NCBI GenBank assembly: GCA_964016885.1 | Contig: OZ024743.1 | Location: 35,526,001-35,590,000, forward strand | Source of the DNA: Eledone cirrhosa | Lineage: Eukaryota | Reading direction: 5' to 3' | Length of the DNA stretch: 64,000 nucleotides | In this document: positions 1-13,016 of the stretch, in pieces | How positions within the stretch are numbered: the stretch's first letter is position 1 | Layout of the letters: each line of letters starts with the position of its first letter | Notes under the pieces: generated by a model | Seen by the model: the letters and a program-made list of their open reading frames with translations, nothing else | What the model was told of the DNA's origin: nothing | Databases searched by the model: none | Position numbers and translations under genes: made by a program

Positions 1-45
1 TACAAACACACACAGACATATCCCCTACCTCATACACACACATAG

Positions 46-138
<93 letters not shown>
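1..138. repeat. (CA)n/(TA)n compound microsatellite
   Basis: Direct reading. Confidence 0.95.
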
Positions 139-139
<1 letters not shown>

Positions 140-141
<2 letters not shown>

Positions 142-350
142 GCGATGGATTGGCAGTATCGGTAGAGTGTCGGACGTTATGCTTTGCAGCAAAGAGTTAC
201 GGCCCTTTATCATCTGAGTTCAAATCCCACCGAGGTTAACTTTGCCTTTCATTCTTACGGAGTCGATAAAATAAAGTACCAGTCACGCACTGGTGTCGAT
301 TTAATCGACATTTCCCTCCCCCAAAATTTCTGGCCTATATAAGAAACCAA
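140..350 (+). mobile_element. tRNA-derived SINE with Nin/Deu-like core (family 1, tail type A)
   Basis: A-box-like tggcagtatcggtaga, B-box gagttcaaatcc, core gcctttcattcttacggagtcgataaaataaagtaccag; about 20 copies in window. Confidence 0.85.
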
Positions 351-671
351 TATATATATATATTATAAAGTGAGGTTTTTTTTTTACAAAATGAAAAATA
401 ACCGAGGTGTCCTACACGAGTGGAAGTATAAAGAAAAAAAGATGAAATCGAAAATGCAACTGGAGTCTTATTTAAAAAAAAAAATATATATTTATTTGGT
501 TCCTTTACCAGTTCTGGTTTTTCTCACATCTCACATCAGATGTGAGAAAAACCACACATCCTCCATCTCAACTCTACTTTTGAAAAGCAGAAGAACTGCG
601 AAACCGGTAAAGGAACCAAATAAATATATATATTTTTTTAAAAATAAGACTCCAGTTGCATTTTCGATTTC

Positions 672-703
<32 letters not shown>

Positions 704-848
704 CAATATATTAATAAATGGAAACTATATTTATAAAACCATATTTATTTAATTATACATATTTCAAGGGCAACCAAGGCAAATTATGGTGCGCTTTCAT
801 CAGATAAAATACAGATTTGTTGAATCCCAACAAATTAAATATAACCTC

Positions 849-849
<1 letters not shown>

Positions 850-898
<49 letters not shown>

Positions 899-1090
899 GC
901 ATCTCTTGCACATATGCTGCTTCTGTGTGTGATCACGTTTGCTTATATGAGTTTCCTCACGTGAGGGCGTCAGTGCATGTGACTAGCGCAGAAGACTGCT
1001 GTTGTGCACACGTGATTGCATGGCTGTATACGTCTATATTCTTGCCACTTCACACTTCTCACTCTTTCTCCCTATACATATATAATATAT

Positions 1091-1152
<62 letters not shown>

Positions 1153-1640
1153 ACTCACATACATACATACGTATATTTACGTATATGAGTATATGGCTGT
1201 ATGTATATATGTATATAAGTATGTACGTATGTATGTATGGATGGATATATGTATACACACACACATTTATATATGTGCGTGTGTATATGTTGGTGTGTGT
1301 ATTTTATGTATGCGTCTCCGTGTCTGTATTTGTGTATATTTATGTATCCCTGTTTCTTTCTTGATATTTCTTGGTATAAAATGCGTACGATATTGTACCT
1401 GTGTGTGTGTGTATGTGTGTGTGTGTGTGCGTGTGTGCGTGTGTGTGTGTGTGTTTATGAAATAACGAATGATCTTCTGTATGTGTGTGTGTGCTCGAGC
1501 GTGTATACGCGTGTGAGCATTTGTGTGTGTGTGTGTGTGTGCCCGAGCGTGTATACGCGTGTGAGCATTTGTGTGTGTGTGTGTAATAATGTTAGTGTTA
1601 GTGTAGTGAGTGTGTAAGAATAGGATATATGTGTGTGTAT
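850..1640. repeat. Compound (TA)n/(CA)n/(TG)n microsatellite field
   Basis: Direct reading; explains the ORFs here. Confidence 0.9.
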
Positions 1641-2152
1641 GTACTGTAATAAATCATATCTGGCTTATAACACCGTCTGATGTTTTGATGCCATTTTAGA
1701 TGTGTGACGTCACTGGGCCCAGTAGCAGTGCTGCTGGTGGAGGTGGTGGTGGTGGTAGTTATGTTGAAGATGGTGTTGTTGATAAGGATTGTCGTAGTTG
1801 TAGCGATAATAGGATGCTATTTCTATTGGTGATAGTGTTGCTGGTGATGATGGTGGATAGTGAATGGTGATGGGGACGATAGTAGTAACGGTGATGCTGT
1901 ATGTGGCGTCTGTTTTGTTGGTGTCAATTATAGATGGTAGTTATTGTAGTAGCTGGTGTTGTTTACTTCTCCCCTCTCCCCTAGGTTCGTCTCTGATCGA
2001 GATCGATGGTTAAAGTCACCCCAGCCATGCCAATCCCATCTTTTTCAGCAATATTCTAGCCACGATTGTAGGATGGGGTTTGTGAGAGATTTGGTTGCTA
2101 TTTCTAACCGGTCAAGTGGTTTTATATGTATCCCCTCGTTGTTTCTTGTACA

Positions 2153-2318
2153 CAGTGCCAGATTTACCATTGTACTTAGGTGTGCTTAAAGCACAGGGCC
2201 CCGTTGGCTAGTGGGCCCATCTTCCTGCCCCCAAAATTGTTTACCTCCTTCAAGGCCCAAGTAAGGGGCCTCATAACTTAACTAGCACAGGGCCTCATTT
2301 GTCTTAAATCCGGCACTG
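2153..2318. mobile_element. hAT-type MITE
   Basis: TIRs cagtgccagattta / taaatccggcactg; degenerate 8-bp TSD cttgtaca / cttgtatg. Confidence 0.75.
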
Positions 2319-2587
2319 CTTGTATGTGTTGTTTTTGCTGTTGTTGCTGGTGGTAACCGTAGTAATGGTGGTGTTTATAACGGAGATGCCGTTTATACTA
2401 TATAACCAAGAAATATGGGTAAAAAAAATGGCAAAATGAGGGTCGATTAATGTAGGTCTGCGACGACCATCGGCAGCCTACCCGACTTGAACACGGACAG
2501 AGGAGTCCCAGTCGGTTACGCGTCCTTGGAGCGAAAGAAATCGAATTTAACGAACTCCGACGGCGAAGTGAAAGCGAGAATGTGACG

Positions 2588-2781
2588 CGTGTCGGACGCC
2601 ATGCTTTGCAGCATAGAGTTACGGCCCTTTATGATTTGAGTTCAAATCCCGCCGAGGTTAATTTTGCCTTTCATCCTTACGGGGTCGATAAAATAAAGAA
2701 CCAGTCACGCACTGGGGTCGATTCCATCGACTTCTCCTTCCCCAAAATTGCTGGCCTTGTGCCTATATAAGAAACCAATAT
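2588..2781 (+). mobile_element. SINE family 1, tail A, 5'-truncated
   Basis: B-box, core and tail ...gcctatataagaaacca. Confidence 0.85.
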
Positions 2782-3212
2782 TTTGCCGATATTTACCAAC
2801 CTCAAATTCTACATTAAGCTGCTAAACTATCTGAAGTGATACTTTTACAATACAATGAAATACTGATTATGTATTCCCTTTAAAATATTTCCAACAAACT
2901 TTTATAATTTGAACATTTTAATACATAAATACCCCCCCCCCCCCAACAAATACGCACACATAGAGGCACTCACAGGCACGTCCACTTTATTCTCTGACTT
3001 AATAATACTTTTTCTTTCAATCCTTCATCAAGTGAATGAATAGGCTGGAAGATAGAAAGAAATGTGTTATATACAATTTTATGTTCTATTTCTGCTTCAT
3101 TCTTTGCGATTAGGAAACTATTAATACTTGCTGTGAGGTTTCCTGGTTTATCTTCATACTTTTTACATATTAAGAACATATATATGGTTTGTCGTAATAT
3201 ATCGTTCGTAAT

Positions 3213-3385
3213 AATTGTTTCTACTTTAGGCACAAGGCCAGCAATTACCCAGTGCATTACTGGTACTTTATTTTATCGACCCCGTAAGGATCAAAGGCAA
3301 AGTCAACCTCGGCGGGATTTGAACTCAGATCGTAAAGGGACGTAACTATGCTGGAAAGCACGGCGTCCGACCCTCTACCGATACT
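3213..3385 (-). mobile_element. SINE family 1, tail B
   Basis: Reverse complement of core; tail ...ccttgtgcctaaagtagaaacaatt. Confidence 0.85.
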
Positions 3386-3511
3386 GAATAGAACCTTATT
3401 TCCGACTTGTATTTTATTGCTCTCGCTCTCTCTCCTTTCCCAGTCCCCCTTCTCCTCCCTCTCACGTGCTGTCCCCACCATTGAATCCCTTGACAAAGTA
3501 TTATTTTTATT

Positions 3512-3622
3512 AAATCCCGCCGAGGTTAACTTTGCCTTTCATCCTTACGGGGTCGATAAAATAAAATACCAGTAATGCACTGGGATAATTGCTGGCCTTG
3601 TGCCAAAAGTAGAAACAATTAT
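3512..3622 (+). mobile_element. SINE family 1, tail B, 5'-truncated
   Basis: Core and tail match other copies. Confidence 0.85.
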
Positions 3623-3780
3623 TCTTATTCGATATCTTGAATTAAATTTCTCCCAGTAATATGAGTAACCGGAAGTAAACAAAAATTCGAGAAACTTTTT
3701 GAAGCAATAAAACGGATGAAATGGTACAAAAGTATTACATAATGGAGTTGTGAAACACAAAGCTAGATTATAAACAACAC

Positions 3781-4008
3781 TTAACCCTTTAGCATTCACA
3801 TTATTCTATATATACTATTATATTTTCATGGTAAAGGCTTTATCTCGCATAATTATCTCACATAATATCGAATCTATGAGATTTTGAAAGTATTTATTTT
3901 GAGAACAATACCTTAAAATCAGTTTGAGCAACCGGTTACAGCCAGTTTTAACAGAAAGAGGTAGAGAATTCCGGCCGGTTTTGGCCAGTTTGAACGTTAA
4001 AGGGATAA
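3781..4008 (-). mobile_element. piggyBac-type MITE (TTAA)
   Basis: ttaa-ccctttagcatt ... aacgttaaaggg-ataa; inverted relative to the copy at 4646-5044. Confidence 0.65.
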
Positions 4009-4067
4009 GACATTTTAGATATCAGTGTTTGAGGACTCTGCTCCGACGACACTCTCAGGTATAAGTG

Positions 4068-4325
4068 GGCGAAGAAGAAGGAGGAGGAAGAGGAAGATGA
4101 GGAGGGGAGGAGAAGGGTGATGAGGAGGGGGAGGGCGAGAACGAGGGGGGAGGAAAACGAGTGGGAGGAAAGGAAGGCGGAGGAGGATGAGGGGGAGGGG
4201 GAGGGGGAGGACAGCGAAGGGGAGGTGTGAGGTGGATGAGGATGAGAATGAGGGGGAGGAGGAGGACACCGAGGGGGGGGGGGGGGACGAGGGGGAGGAG
4301 GAGGAGAAGGAGAAGAAGAAGAAGA
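4068..4325. repeat. GA-rich low-complexity tract
   Basis: Direct reading. Confidence 0.9.
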
Positions 4326-4419
4326 TATTGAAACTTCATAAATATATTTTATACTCATGAGAATTTCAAAACCACGCGATCTTAACACAATATGTTGATT
4401 AGCTGCCTCGGTTTATAAA

Positions 4420-4505
4420 CCGAGTTTGGATTTTTACCCATTTATTAGACATAAAATAGGGGTCGACTTATATCTGGACCGACTTATATTCGAGTATATA
4501 CGGTA
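4420..4505 (+). mobile_element. Tc1/mariner (Tc2/pogo-like) MITE end
   Basis: ...gtcgacttata...cgacttatattcgagtatatacgg-ta terminus; related remnant near 44750-44845. Confidence 0.55.
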
Positions 4506-4645
4506 TTTCATCTCATCTCAGTCCGGATCAATCGACCTATAGTCAAAAGCATTCATTACACAGCAATTCCATCTTTTCTGAAGGCACAGTAGACCTAGGA
4601 TCACATTATTCAATGGCTTTCTTTTTAAAAGCGGTAGAGTGTAAT

Positions 4646-5044
4646 TTAACCCTTTAGCATTTAAACCGGCCATATTCGCCCAGAATTCCCTCACCTGTTT
4701 AAACCAACCATAACTGGCCACTCATACTGACATTAAGGTATTGTTCTCAAAATAAATAATTGTTTATACTTTTGGCACAAGGCCAGCAATTACCCAGTGC
4801 ATTACTGGTACTTTATTTTATCGACCCCGTAAGGATGAAAGGCAAAGTTAACCTTGACGGGATTTGAACTCAGACCGTAAAGGGACGTAACGTAAGTATG
4901 CTGGAAAGCATGGCGTCCGACCCTTTACCGGTACTGATCAAAATCTGATAGATTTGATATTATGTGAAATAATTATATAAGATAAATTCGTTACCACAAA
5001 ACTACTATAATATATATAGAGTAATGTAAATGCTAAAGGGTTAA
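4646..5044 (+). mobile_element. piggyBac-type MITE containing a nested SINE
   Basis: TTAA-ccctttagcattta ... taaatgctaaaggg-TTAA. Confidence 0.75.
4757..4935 (-). mobile_element. SINE family 1, tail B, nested in MITE
   Basis: Core and tail match. Confidence 0.85.
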
Positions 5045-5356
5045 GGGAGATTTGGCTGCTATTTATAGCAATTCACGAGACCCCGTGCAGGCTCCCTCAG
5101 TGTCTGTTCTTCCAAACGACATGTTGCTTGTAACTGTTGCCTCGTTGGTACAAGGAACGCCCTGCAATGTAGATATATATATACGAATCTTTTCTATTCT
5201 CGTTTCTTAGTAACGTGACCAGGAAGGATAGCGTGATCTCTTCTCATATGTCTTCGTCATACTGACATTTATTCTGCTAATTCACCCATATTTAATTTCT
5301 GTTCGTTACTTACTCTGCCAGATACTGAAAGACAAATAAGAAATTATTTAATAAAA

Positions 5357-5580
5357 TTGTTGTTGTTGCTGTTAGTGTTGTCGTTGTTCACGTTGTTGTT
5401 ATTGGTGTTGTTGTCGTTGTTGTTGTTGTTGTCGTTGCTACTACTGCTGCTGCTGAGTTTGCTGGTAACGGTGGCGTTTTTTGGTGATGTCTGTAGTGGT
5501 GTAGGTGGTGATGTCTGTAGTGGTGGCGGTGGTGGTGGTGGTGGTGATGTTTGTAGTGGTGGTGGTGCTGGTGACATCGT
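5357..5580. repeat. (TTG)n/(GGT)n trinucleotide tract
   Basis: Direct reading. Confidence 0.9.
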
Positions 5581-5896
5581 TGTTGTTTCTCTTCAGAGCG
5601 TCGTTCGAATCTCTTTGGTGACGCCATGCTTTCCCCGAGAACTTTCCCGATTTGACAGGAGTTGGAGGGGGGTGTTACCTCCATTTTTTTTACCAAAACT
5701 TTTATAGCACAATTTTAAATTTAAAGTTCATACATTTGAACCTAAGGCCCAACTTTTATGGGGAGTCCCTACTTCAGGGTAAAGACTAAAGCCGTATGAC
5801 ACCTTTGTAACAAACAAAACTTACAGAACGTAAACAGGCGTGACGTATAGTTCACAAACAACAACAACAACAACAATAATAATAATAATAATAATG

Positions 5897-6488
5897 ATTT
5901 CTGATTTAGGCACAAGGCCAACAATTTAGTGGAGGGAGTCGCTTAAATCGACCAGTACTTGACTGGTATTATATTTTAGCCAACCGAGGTTAACTTTGCC
6001 TTTCATCCTTACGGGGTCGATAAAATAAAGTACCAGTAATACACTGGGTAATTGCTGGCCTTGTGCCAAAAGTAGAAACAATTATATTTTTAGCCAAGTG
6101 CAAGGGGCGATATAATAATTGTAATAATTGTTTCTACTTTTGGCACAAGGCCAATAATTATCCAGTGCATTACTAATACTTTATTTTATCAACCCCGTAA
6201 GGCTGAAAGTCAAAGTTACCCTCGGTGGGATTTGAACTCAGACCGTAAAAGGCTGAAACTCTATGCTGCAAAGCATGGCATCTGACCCTCTAATAATGGT
6301 TTCTTATATAGGCACATGACCAGCAATTTTGAGGAGGGGGAAAGTCGATTAAATCGACCCGTGTGTGACTGGTACTTTATTTTATCGACCCCGTAAGGAT
6401 GAAAGGCAAAGTTAACCTCGGCGGGATTGGAACTCAGACTGTAAAGGGTCGTAATTCTATGCTGCAAAGCATGACGTCCGATGCTCTC
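5897..6488. mobile_element. Cluster of four SINE family 1 pieces (5897-5980 -, 5983-6083 +, 6124-6290 -, 6296-6488 -)
   Basis: Core and tail matches in both orientations. Confidence 0.8.
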
Positions 6489-6574
6489 ATAATAGTAATA
6501 AGGGTTTCTTATATTTAAACTTAAAAAGGCAAACTGTACCACGGGAGAATCATTTTATTATTTTACTTTTGTGA

Positions 6575-6910
6575 AGGTGCGTGGCTCCAGTGGTTAGAGC
6601 GTTGGGCTAACAATTGTGAGATTGTAAGTTCGATTCCTGGATCAGTTGATTCGTTGTGTCATTGAGCAAGACACTTTATTTCGTGTTGTTCCAGTTCACT
6701 CAGCTATAGAAATGAGTTGCGACGTGACTGGTGTCAAGCTGTATCGGCTTTTGCCTTTCCCTTGGACAACATCTTTAACGGGGAGAGGGGAGACTGGTAC
6801 ACATGGGCAACTGCTGGTCTTCCACAAAAACCACTTTTCCCGGGTTTATGTCACGGAGAGGAACTTTCCTGTAGCAAACTCATGGTCATTCGAAACTGAA
6901 AGGGGCCTAC
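6575..6910 (+). mobile_element. tRNA-derived SINE family 2
   Basis: A-box tggctccagtgg, B-box gttcgattcc, central ttgagcaagacacttt; homologous copies at about 10.15, 34.07, 42.87, 51.99, 58.86 and 60.43 kb. Confidence 0.8.
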
Positions 6911-7379
6911 AAATTATTTTACTTTTAATTTACTTGGTCAACACAGAGTTCCAATGACTTGCACTGAAACAGCGCGACGAAAATTTTAACCAAGAAATGA
7001 ATGATAAATGTAATGTGATTTTAACAGTTTTTGTGTTTCTGAATGGCTAAAGTAATCTTTCTACGGTGTAATTGTTTCAACACACGGTCCTTGACCAAGT
7101 CACTTGTCAGACAAGAACAACACCAACATTAAAAAATAAAATAAAACGTATCTGCATATTCTGTCTGATTGACTTCAGCAAAACTATCTCAAATACGTTC
7201 ATACACGTATGTAGGCACACTCACGAAGATTTACATATGTACAATGATGAAAAAGTTAGGATTTTCAAGTAGTGCCGGTAGTTTGGTTGTGGATAGAAGA
7301 AAGGACAGTGTTTGCAAACTTTTATTACTGTAAAGGTCTTTCAGTGACGAAGGCGCGTGTGCATGAATGTTTTTTGCTT

Positions 7380-8756
<1,377 letters not shown>

Positions 8757-8760
8757 GATA

Positions 8761-9676
8761 TCTTTCTTTATTTGCCACAGGGGCGTACAAAAATAGGACA
8801 TTACAAGACGTGACGGCGGGGGTTTTACATAAAAATAACTTTAACATTAATAAATAACAATACACTATATATAATAAAATAACAATTGAAATCCCCAGTA
8901 GGGGGGAACGTTACTGCAGGGTTGTTTTACACCCCGTGGATAGAACAACCCTCAACACCAGGAACACGTTTTGTAGGTGTTCCCGTCTTCCCTCTGTTTG
9001 TCTTCCTCAACCTACAGGTTTATATACAGAGAAGGCCCATTCACTCGGGCCATTTTCGCCACATCACCCACCTTTCAGCGAATTTACTGGGGTGTAGCAC
9101 CTCTCTCTCCACTCTCACCTTCCTTCTGAAGTGATACTTAAAGAAGGGGATAAGTTGTTGTCCGGAGAGAAAGGTGTTTACCCTCCGTCCTTTTAACCTC
9201 GTCCACCATATTACCTCTTTCGCCATAGCCACCAGACAGAGGAAAACCGCCTCTCTCTCGTTCTTAAATGAAGGCGGCGGGGTGATCCTCACAATGGACT
9301 CGGCTGACAACTGGATGCGTCCCACACGTGACAGCAGCTGTTCGACATCATTCCACAGGTCGGTCACCCCTGGGCACTGAACAATTGCGTGCAGAACGGT
9401 TTCGATGTCCTGCTCGCATCTTGGACAGGTCCTTTTGGCAGGATCTCTGCCAGGGCGTCCGTGCCTGTAGATTTTGTCTCGAACTGGTAGAGCTCCTCGG
9501 TAGCACTGCCAGGCCAGAGACCTCTGGAAGTTATCCATAGGCCCTGGACAGAAAGTCTCCCGAACAGACTGGTCAGTTCGTCCTATTCGATGCCTAGAGT
9601 TTCCCCGAGAACGTCGTCGTACTTATCCTCCACTAATCCCCTATAGAATGTCAAAGTAGAGTCTCCGCTGATTGCC
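8761..9676 (-). mobile_element. 5'-truncated Tx1/L1-clade non-LTR retrotransposon
   Basis: 13-bp TSD gttggataagata (8748-8760, 9677-9689); ORF2 C-terminus plus 3' UTR ending aataaagaaaga. Confidence 0.85.
9041..9538 (-). pseudogene. LINE ORF2 C-terminal fragment (zf-RVT CCHC zinc knuckle)
   Basis: LAWQCYRGALPVRD...CPRCEQDIETVLHAIVQCP..LW, typical of the L1/Tx1 ORF2 end. Confidence 0.85.
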
Positions 9677-9919
9677 GTTGGATAAGATAGTGGTGGCGGC
9701 GATAGTTATGGTATTACAGGTACAATCCGTTCGATGGGATTCAATACATTTCTGTCGACCCAATCTCACTCGCAAACAAACCTTTTCCTAGTAACTTCTA
9801 TTTTAAGACAGTAGGATGTTAATTGAGGGAAATTTGGCTGCTCTTTCTAGTAAGACGGGCAACCACGAAGATGCTCTCTGTTGGATCATGGTCTACAGTA
9901 GTGTAATATAGTTGTGTAT

Positions 9920-10087
9920 GGTGTGCCGGGCCTCCAAAAGAAATTTTACAAGATAGTACAAGACTCCTTTGGGGCTCGAAGCAGGCAAAGATTTTTTCTC
10001 AAAATGGATGTTGCATGTTGCTGTTGGACCTTATTATTTCTTGGGCCCCGGAACAAAGTACCAGTAGGACCCCCTCTCATAGGCCCT
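9920..10087 (-). mobile_element. hAT-like MITE fragment
   Basis: 10040-10087 is the reverse complement of 11133-11190. Confidence 0.55.
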
Positions 10088-10146
10088 GATGGTGTGTTCT
10101 ATAATATATATAATATATTAAAATAATAGCTGGTGTAATAGTGTTA

Positions 10147-10460
10147 AGGTGCGTGGTATAGTGGCTAGAGCTCGTGTTCACGATCGGAGTTCCATCCACA
10201 AACTAGACTGCGCGTTATGTCGTTGACGAAGACACTACATTTCACGTTGCTTCAGTCTACTCAGCTGGGAAAAATGGATTGTGAAGACATAGGTGCCAAG
10301 CTGTATCAGCCTTTTCCTTTCCCTTGGATAACATCTATGACGTGGAGAGGGGGGAGTGGTGTACATATACGGCAGCTGGTCCTCCACACAATACCTTGCT
10401 CAGGCTCGTGCCTTTCAGATGAACTTTCCCCACGCATGATTGAGGGTGTGCCATATCGGC
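10147..10460 (+). mobile_element. SINE family 2, diverged
   Basis: Homologous to 6575-6910. Confidence 0.75.
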
Positions 10461-10485
10461 GTCCTGTAATATATGATGTGGTACG

Positions 10486-10570
10486 AGAAGAAGAAGAAGA
10501 AGAAGAAGAAGAAGAAGAAGAAGAAGAAGAAGAAGAAGAAGAAGAAGAAGAAGAAGGGCTTTTAACTATT

Positions 10571-10638
<68 letters not shown>
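10486..10638. repeat. (GAA)n and (GA)n microsatellites
   Basis: Direct reading. Confidence 0.95.
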
Positions 10639-10640
<2 letters not shown>

Positions 10641-10647
10641 TTCAGTC

Positions 10648-10750
10648 CTAGTACTTGACTGATAGTTTATTTATCGACTTCGAAAGGATGAAAACCTCAG
10701 TTGACTCCGGCGAGATATGAACTCAGAGCACAGCGAGCCAGTACCGAGGT
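10648..10750 (-). mobile_element. Old SINE family 1 fragment
   Basis: tttatcgacttcgaaaggatgaaa...tgaactcag. Confidence 0.65.
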
Positions 10751-10777
10751 AATTTTAATCTATCGTCCGAACGACTT

Positions 10778-10915
10778 TGGAATAACGTTACTCAATAGGG
10801 AACGTAGTTCGGAGATCAGGGAGTTGCTCCATATAGAAACTCTACTTCTCCGCATCGAGAGATCACAAATCCGATACAGACATGTGATTAGAATGTCTAA
10901 GGACAGATTTTACGG
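10778..10915 (+). pseudogene. RTE-clade LINE fragment (C-terminal to RT)
   Basis: GITLLNRERSSEIRELLHIETLLLRIERSQIRYRHVIRM resembles the RTE/Expander motif GV.L.DR.RSS.IRE.L.VEPLLL.IERSQLRW.GH..RM. Confidence 0.7.
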
Positions 10916-11132
10916 GCAAAGCTAACAGGTAGGAAACATAGAGATAAACTACGAGCATTTGATAGGACTGTTGCTTTTGATAGGACCCTCTCGAAAGCGT
11001 ATTTGAGGACTCTGCACCCACGGTCCTCTCAAGAAGAAGCATTTGACATTGCACGTACTTTCAATAAAGACGACAATGGTATTAAACAGATTTGTGAGCC
11101 ATATATACCAGATTTATGGGATACAGGCACAA

Positions 11133-11303
11133 TCAGGGCCTATGAGAGGGAGGGAGGGTCCAGCTGGTACTTTGTTCCGGGGGCCCAAGAGCTAAAAAGG
11201 CCCCACAACAACCATGCAACATCCATTTTGAGAAGAAATTTTGCCTGTTTCGGGCCCCAAAGGGTCTTGAACCACTTTGCAAAATTTCTCTTGGAGGCCC
11301 TGT
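11133..11303 (+). mobile_element. hAT-like MITE fragment
   Basis: Inverted homologue of 9920-10087. Confidence 0.55.
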
Positions 11304-11649
11304 GAAAAATCATACAAACTAAGAAATTTGCATTTTGATAAATGGTTTGTATAAGAGGAACCCTAAACCCTTTAATTTATGTTGATTATTGAACCCTGGA
11401 AGTTGTTAAAGATTGGGATGATATTTTAATAATTTATTTCAAGGATATAATTACGAAAATGTTTAGCATATATTTACAAATGACATACAGGATTGGTTGT
11501 ATGAGTAACTTTGGAGAAATAACGGTTTACAGAAACACACGTTGGGTTAGAAGCCAGCGAACTTCTTATTGTAGCAACATTACTGAGATAGGAAATGCAT
11601 TGTATGTATGTGTGCGTTTGTTCAAGTGTGTATGTTCCTGTGTATACAG

Positions 11650-11700
<51 letters not shown>

Positions 11701-12209
11701 AATGGAAAAAATGAAACGAAATTTCATTTCTCACTCTTAGTACGGCTGTTACTTAAATATAAGTATGTATACGTACATACATATATGTATACAGATGTAC
11801 AGTAGTATGTATATATATACATACATGCACACATATATATATGTACGTATAGATTTGCCGAACATTTATTATAATGCTCGGTTTGTTTGTAAACAAACAT
11901 CCCGGATTAAGCCGTACAGAGTTTAGCAACCATCGTTGCCCTTTTGTTCAACACTGACAAAGGAACGATGTACTAGTTTCAAGCTTATTAGCTATCGTCA
12001 GCACCGTATACCGTCCTGCCAGATGATTGAACGTCTGAAAGTATCTACTTTCCTTATGCATATTAACGGCTGAACAGCCTAATTTGCATATCGAGTGAGT
12101 TATGAATGTATATATATATATCAGGGGCGGTGGAACTCCTCAAACTATGAAAACACACATCTATTTGTATATGTGCTACAATTTATGTACATGTTATGTA
12201 GCGACAGAT

Positions 12210-12685
12210 GGGAGAGATAGATATAGATATAGAGAGGGGAAGAGTTTGATGCTAATTGAAATAGAGAGGAAGGTTGGGAGAGTGTGTTGTATATTAGATA
12301 TAGAGAGGGGGAGAGATTGATGTTTATTGATATAAAGAGAGGAATTTGAAGAGAATTCCGTGTAGTAGATATAGAGAGGGGGATTGGAAGAAAGTTCCGA
12401 TTAGTAGATGTAGAGAGGGGGAGAGTTTGGGGTTAATTGATATAGAGAGGGGATTTGGAGAGTATGCTGTATGGTTGATATAGGGAGGGGGGAGAGTTTG
12501 GCGGTAATGAATAGAGTGAGATGATTGATAGAAAGTTCCGTGTAGTAGATATAGAGAGGGTGAGAACTTAGTGTTAATTGATATAGAGAGGGTGATTGGA
12601 AGCGAGTTTTGTGTAGTAGATATAGAGAGGGGGAGAGGTTGGTGTTAATTGATATAGAGAGGGGTATTGGAAGAGAGTTCCCATA
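12210..12685. repeat. Degenerate minisatellite built on gatatagagagggg
   Basis: Motif recurs about every 25-32 bp in two alternating variants. Confidence 0.75.
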
Positions 12686-12787
12686 GATTGGGTATAATAC
12701 CAGTTTCTTACCAAATGCGAAGAAGCTCGATATATTGACCCCTTAGGAAAGTTCACAGAGCATAATTTAAAAAAAATTAAATACATA

Positions 12788-12999
12788 CAGTGGTGGTGGA
12801 ACTGGGGGAGGCGTATGCTCTCCTCCAATAATTATATTTCTCCCGTAACTACCAAAACACATCTATTTGGATATGTAAGCTACAATTTATGTTTATGTTA
12901 TGTTTATCGCATATCGAAGTTTTCTGACCATTTTAGAGTGCAAAGAGCTAAACTAATCACTACAACTAAATTGTCCAAATTTGGGTTCCATCGCTCCTG
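12788..12999. mobile_element. hAT-like MITE
   Basis: Imperfect TIRs cagtggtggtggaac / gttccatcgctcctg; partial sister copy at 12122-12200. Confidence 0.55.
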
Positions 13000-13016
13000 T
13001 ATATATATATATATAT

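Noticed and set aside
6575-6650. tRNA gene
   Set aside because: A and B boxes continue into a repeated SINE body, with no full cloverleaf
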